Below, one piece after another: positions 61,468-64,000 of a stretch of DNA of 64,000 nt; the stretch's first letter is position 1; every line of letters starts with the position of its first letter. A program made the translations under genes and the position numbers. Under the pieces are notes generated by a model. The model did not search any database. It saw only the letters and a program-made list of their open reading frames with translations, and was not told where the DNA came from. This DNA is from Candidatus Latescibacterota bacterium. Lineage in GTDB: Bacteria > Latescibacterota > UBA2968 > UBA8231. Where the stretch lies: positions 2,432,001 through 2,496,000 of the forward strand of contig OZ242318.1 of assembly GCA_965208105.1 (NCBI GenBank), read 5' to 3'.

Positions 61468-62460
61468 TCAGCCGGCCCCAAGGGCCGGCCACGGCACGGA
61501 TACGCCAAGCGGTCTGGCGATCTCTTCGAGTAGGCGACAGGTCTCCGTGGCCAGCGGGATCCCCTCTCGTTGGTAAGCCTGCTGTCTCTCGGCCTCGAGC
61601 ATGCCCGGCAGCAGGGCCCGATCCGTTCCCGGCATGGGACGCATCTGCGTGCACATCTCACCGACGAAGCGGTCCACTACCCCACCGAATTCAGACGCGG
61701 AGGTGAAGTGCTCGACGTCGATCGCCAGCACGAAGGCGCCGATGCCGGCGGCCGGCCAGGCAGGGTCAGCCTCCCGCGTGTAGCGGAGCATCTGCCCGCT
61801 CAGGCCGTCCCCGAGCAGCTTGGCTACCACCGTGAAGCCCAGACTCATGAAGAAGGCGGACGGCACCCGCTCGAACAGATCGAGATGCTGTTCTCGAAAG
61901 AGATTGGCGCAGCCGTCGACGATGATGGGCGGCCGGTCGCCGGCGGGGATGGCAAAGCTGATGGGACGGGAGCCCCACAGGGCGATGGGCAGGTCCGGGA
62001 AGTCGAAACCGGAGACGAGCCCTTGAACGGAGAAGCCGATACAGCCCGCCTCCGCACACATGCTCGTATATTGGCTGGCGGAGCCGTAGTGGCCTATGTG
62101 CTGCAGAGATCCGGCAGCCACCCCGCGATCCCGCGCCTTGCCGATGATGGTCTCGGTGACGCTCGCCGTCGGCACGTATCCGTAGCCGCCGTCACCGTCG
62201 ACGACGATCATCGCCTCTTCCTCGCACACGACCTGCACGGATGGTGCGGGATTGACCGTGCCCGCCCTCAAGTCCCTCACATAGCGCTCCAGCAACGGGG
62301 CGCCGTGGCTGTGGATTCCCCGTAGATCGGCCCACGTCAGGCGCGCGGCGATATGCTCTGCCTGTGCGTCCTCCAGGCCACAGGCCTCGAGACAGCTCTC
62401 CCCGAACTCCCGGTGAGCATCGGCTTCGACGCGGATGAAATCGACGGGCGGTTGATTCAT
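61468..62460 (-). CDS. Ldh_2 (malate/L-lactate/sulfolactate dehydrogenase type 2) family oxidoreductase
   Basis: ADLRGIHSHG, VDGDGGYG, HYG, PISFAIP, LPG..E. Confidence 0.85.
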   Translation of the reverse strand: MNQPPVDFIRVEADAHREFGESCLEACGLEDAQAEHIAARLTWADLRGIHSHGAPLLERYVRDLRAGTVNPAPSVQVVCEEEAMIVVDGDGGYGYVPTASVTETIIGKARDRGVAAGSLQHIGHYGSASQYTSMCAEAGCIGFSVQGLVSGFDFPDLPIALWGSRPISFAIPAGDRPPIIVDGCANLFREQHLDLFERVPSAFFMSLGFTVVAKLLGDGLSGQMLRYTREADPAWPAAGIGAFVLAIDVEHFTSASEFGGVVDRFVGEMCTQMRPMPGTDRALLPGMLEAERQQAYQREGIPLATETCRLLEEIARPLGVSVPWPALGAG

Positions 62461-62597
62461 CGTCTACTCGTTGGGGCCGAGTGGGGCACGTTACCAGTTC
62501 GTTGGTTGGACATCCGGGAACGGCTCTCCTCTCCCATCACAGGTTTGATACCGACATCACTGCGGTGGCCGCCACCTCGGACCTGGTATCCGGAGGG

Positions 62598-62700
62598 TCA
62601 TGCCGAGGCCACCGTGAGCTCCCGCATCCTGTCCTCCGTCCAGCACCATGCCGAGTCCCGGACCTTCTGGCGGATACAGGTGGCTCTCCTCAGCCCGAAG
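62598..62700 (-). pseudogene. Possible C-terminal remnant of an enolase-superfamily gene, cut by the IS91-like end
   Basis: HLYPPEGPGLGMVLD, then a frameshift to EDRMRELTVASA*. Confidence 0.4.
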
Positions 62701-62985
62701 TATAGGTAAAATGAGGCACCTTTTTTGCCCTCTTGTCAATGCGCCGAACACACCCAAGGGGCAGGGTAAGCTTGCAGATGATCGTTTGCATGGTCGTTTG
62801 ACAGGGCTCGCAGTACGGTTTGGTTGTCTGTGGGCCCCTAGCGGGTCCCATCCGACCACGGCGTTTTGAGCGCAAAGCAAAGCCGCTGCGAAGCGAGGAG
62901 GCGCAGGCGCCCTGAGGCCAGGGGCGGCCTGGCCACGTAGCGGCACAAGCGTTCGAGTCCTCGCCGGTCCCGGCCCGCGAGGCGC
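62701..62985 (-). mobile_element. IS91-family (Y2 rolling-circle) transposase remnant joined to its oriIS end
   Basis: DRRGLERLCRYVARPPLASGRL...LKTPWSDGT is an IS91/ISCR transposase segment, followed by the repeated end ...TTTTACCTATA. Confidence 0.75.
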
Positions 62986-63110
62986 AACCTCAAATCAGCG
63001 GACCGGGTGCCCGAGGTGGTTCCAGCGGATGGAAAATCTGGCAAGAGCTAGTCACGTCCCTGTCCATTGCGGGTCTTTCAGGTCAAACTCCCGTACTTGG
63101 AGCGATCGCT

Positions 63111-64000
63111 TTGACTGACATCTCACAACAGACCGCGGCGCTAGTGACTGCTGCCATCGACGGCGACGAGGCCTCATTCACCCGCCTGGTCGAAAACCAC
63201 AAGGACGCGGTCTTCGCAATCGCCCTGTCTCGGACAGGCGATTTCGACGCGGCCGGCGACATTGCCCAGGAGGTGTTCCTGCGCGCCTACCTCGGACTCG
63301 ACCGCCTAAAGGATCCGGCCCTGTTTTCAGGCTGGTTGCGAACGATAGTGGAAAACCGCTGCCGCACCTGGGTAGACCGGCGGCGACGCCAACCAGCGCG
63401 GGAGGTCTTCGATTCCACTGCTCCCCACTTGGCGGGCGACGATGCCCCGGACCGTGATCTCCGGCGCGCCGAGCGCCGCCGGGTCGTGCTGGATGCCATC
63501 GAGCGGCTGACGCCGAACACCCGGGAGACCATTGTCCTCCACTACCTGGAAGGAGTGCCGACCCCACAACTGGCGACCTTGCTGAGTATTTCCGAGGCGG
63601 CAGTGCGCCAACGTCTGCATCGAGGCCGCGAACAAATGAGAAGAGAGGTGACCCACATGATCGATGAAACCCTGCAGGACGAATCCCCAGGCGACACCTT
63701 TGCCGCCGAGCTGGAGAACCTGCTAGCCCGCAGTCGCACCCGCTTCGGTGGCGTGCGCTACCGCGATGCCGTGAGCGACCTGGAGCGCGCCGCCCAGTTG
63801 AAACCGGACGATCCAACGACGGCCCTGCTGATCGCCGATGCCTATACTTTTGCCCGCCCGCCGGAAGAGCTTGCGGAACAGCCGCGGGATGCCAGGCGGG
63901 CGATCGAGGTCCTCGACGAGGCCATCGCCAAGACCGACGGGAAAGACCGCCTGGTTTTGCGGCTCAAGCGGGCCTCTGTGAAAGCTGCGCAGGCGTTTGC
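63111..64000 (+). CDS. ECF sigma factor with a C-terminal extension, 3'-partial
   Basis: GGAG RBS with TTG; GDEASFTRLV..AGDIAQEVFLRAY..L..LKDPALFSGWL, region 4 LHYLEG...ISEAAVRQRLHRGR; absent from the ORF track because it runs off the window. Confidence 0.85.
   Translation, partial: MTDISQQTAALVTAAIDGDEASFTRLVENHKDAVFAIALSRTGDFDAAGDIAQEVFLRAYLGLDRLKDPALFSGWLRTIVENRCRTWVDRRRRQPAREVFDSTAPHLAGDDAPDRDLRRAERRRVVLDAIERLTPNTRETIVLHYLEGVPTPQLATLLSISEAAVRQRLHRGREQMRREVTHMIDETLQDESPGDTFAAELENLLARSRTRFGGVRYRDAVSDLERAAQLKPDDPTTALLIADAYTFARPPEELAEQPRDARRAIEVLDEAIAKTDGKDRLVLRLKRASVKAAQAF

Overview
High-GC bacterial window of about 45 CDS. The gene mix (sulfatase, PhyH dioxygenases, BNR/sialidase, ankyrin, several TlpA proteins, uncharacterised glycoside hydrolases) resembles Latescibacterota/Gemmatimonadota-type genomes; this is inference only. 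Recognisable loci: an A-T-R NRPS-like reductase, a TPP riboswitch with terminator upstream of a TonB-dependent receptor, a DUF1538x2-PII-CBS cluster, a dnaE2/imuB-like/yfbR operon, a convergent Type II R-M pair whose MTase has a leaderless promoter containing two GACGTC sites, a ~165-bp MITE family sitting on TAG stop codons, an attC-like site with cassette remnants, and IS3 and IS91 remnants. The best candidate for a new system is the lower-GC island at ~44.2-55.3 kb. It has a TlpA oxidoreductase and a peptidase-like/metallophosphoesterase/tetraheme fusion, followed by two tandem modules. Each module encodes a small secreted Cys-rich peptide (near-identical 44-aa leader ending VERAEA, hypervariable core) and a ~980-aa envelope protein, and ends in a truncated IS3. 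No rRNA, tRNA or CRISPR array was seen. All calls come from reading motifs by eye; no searches were run.
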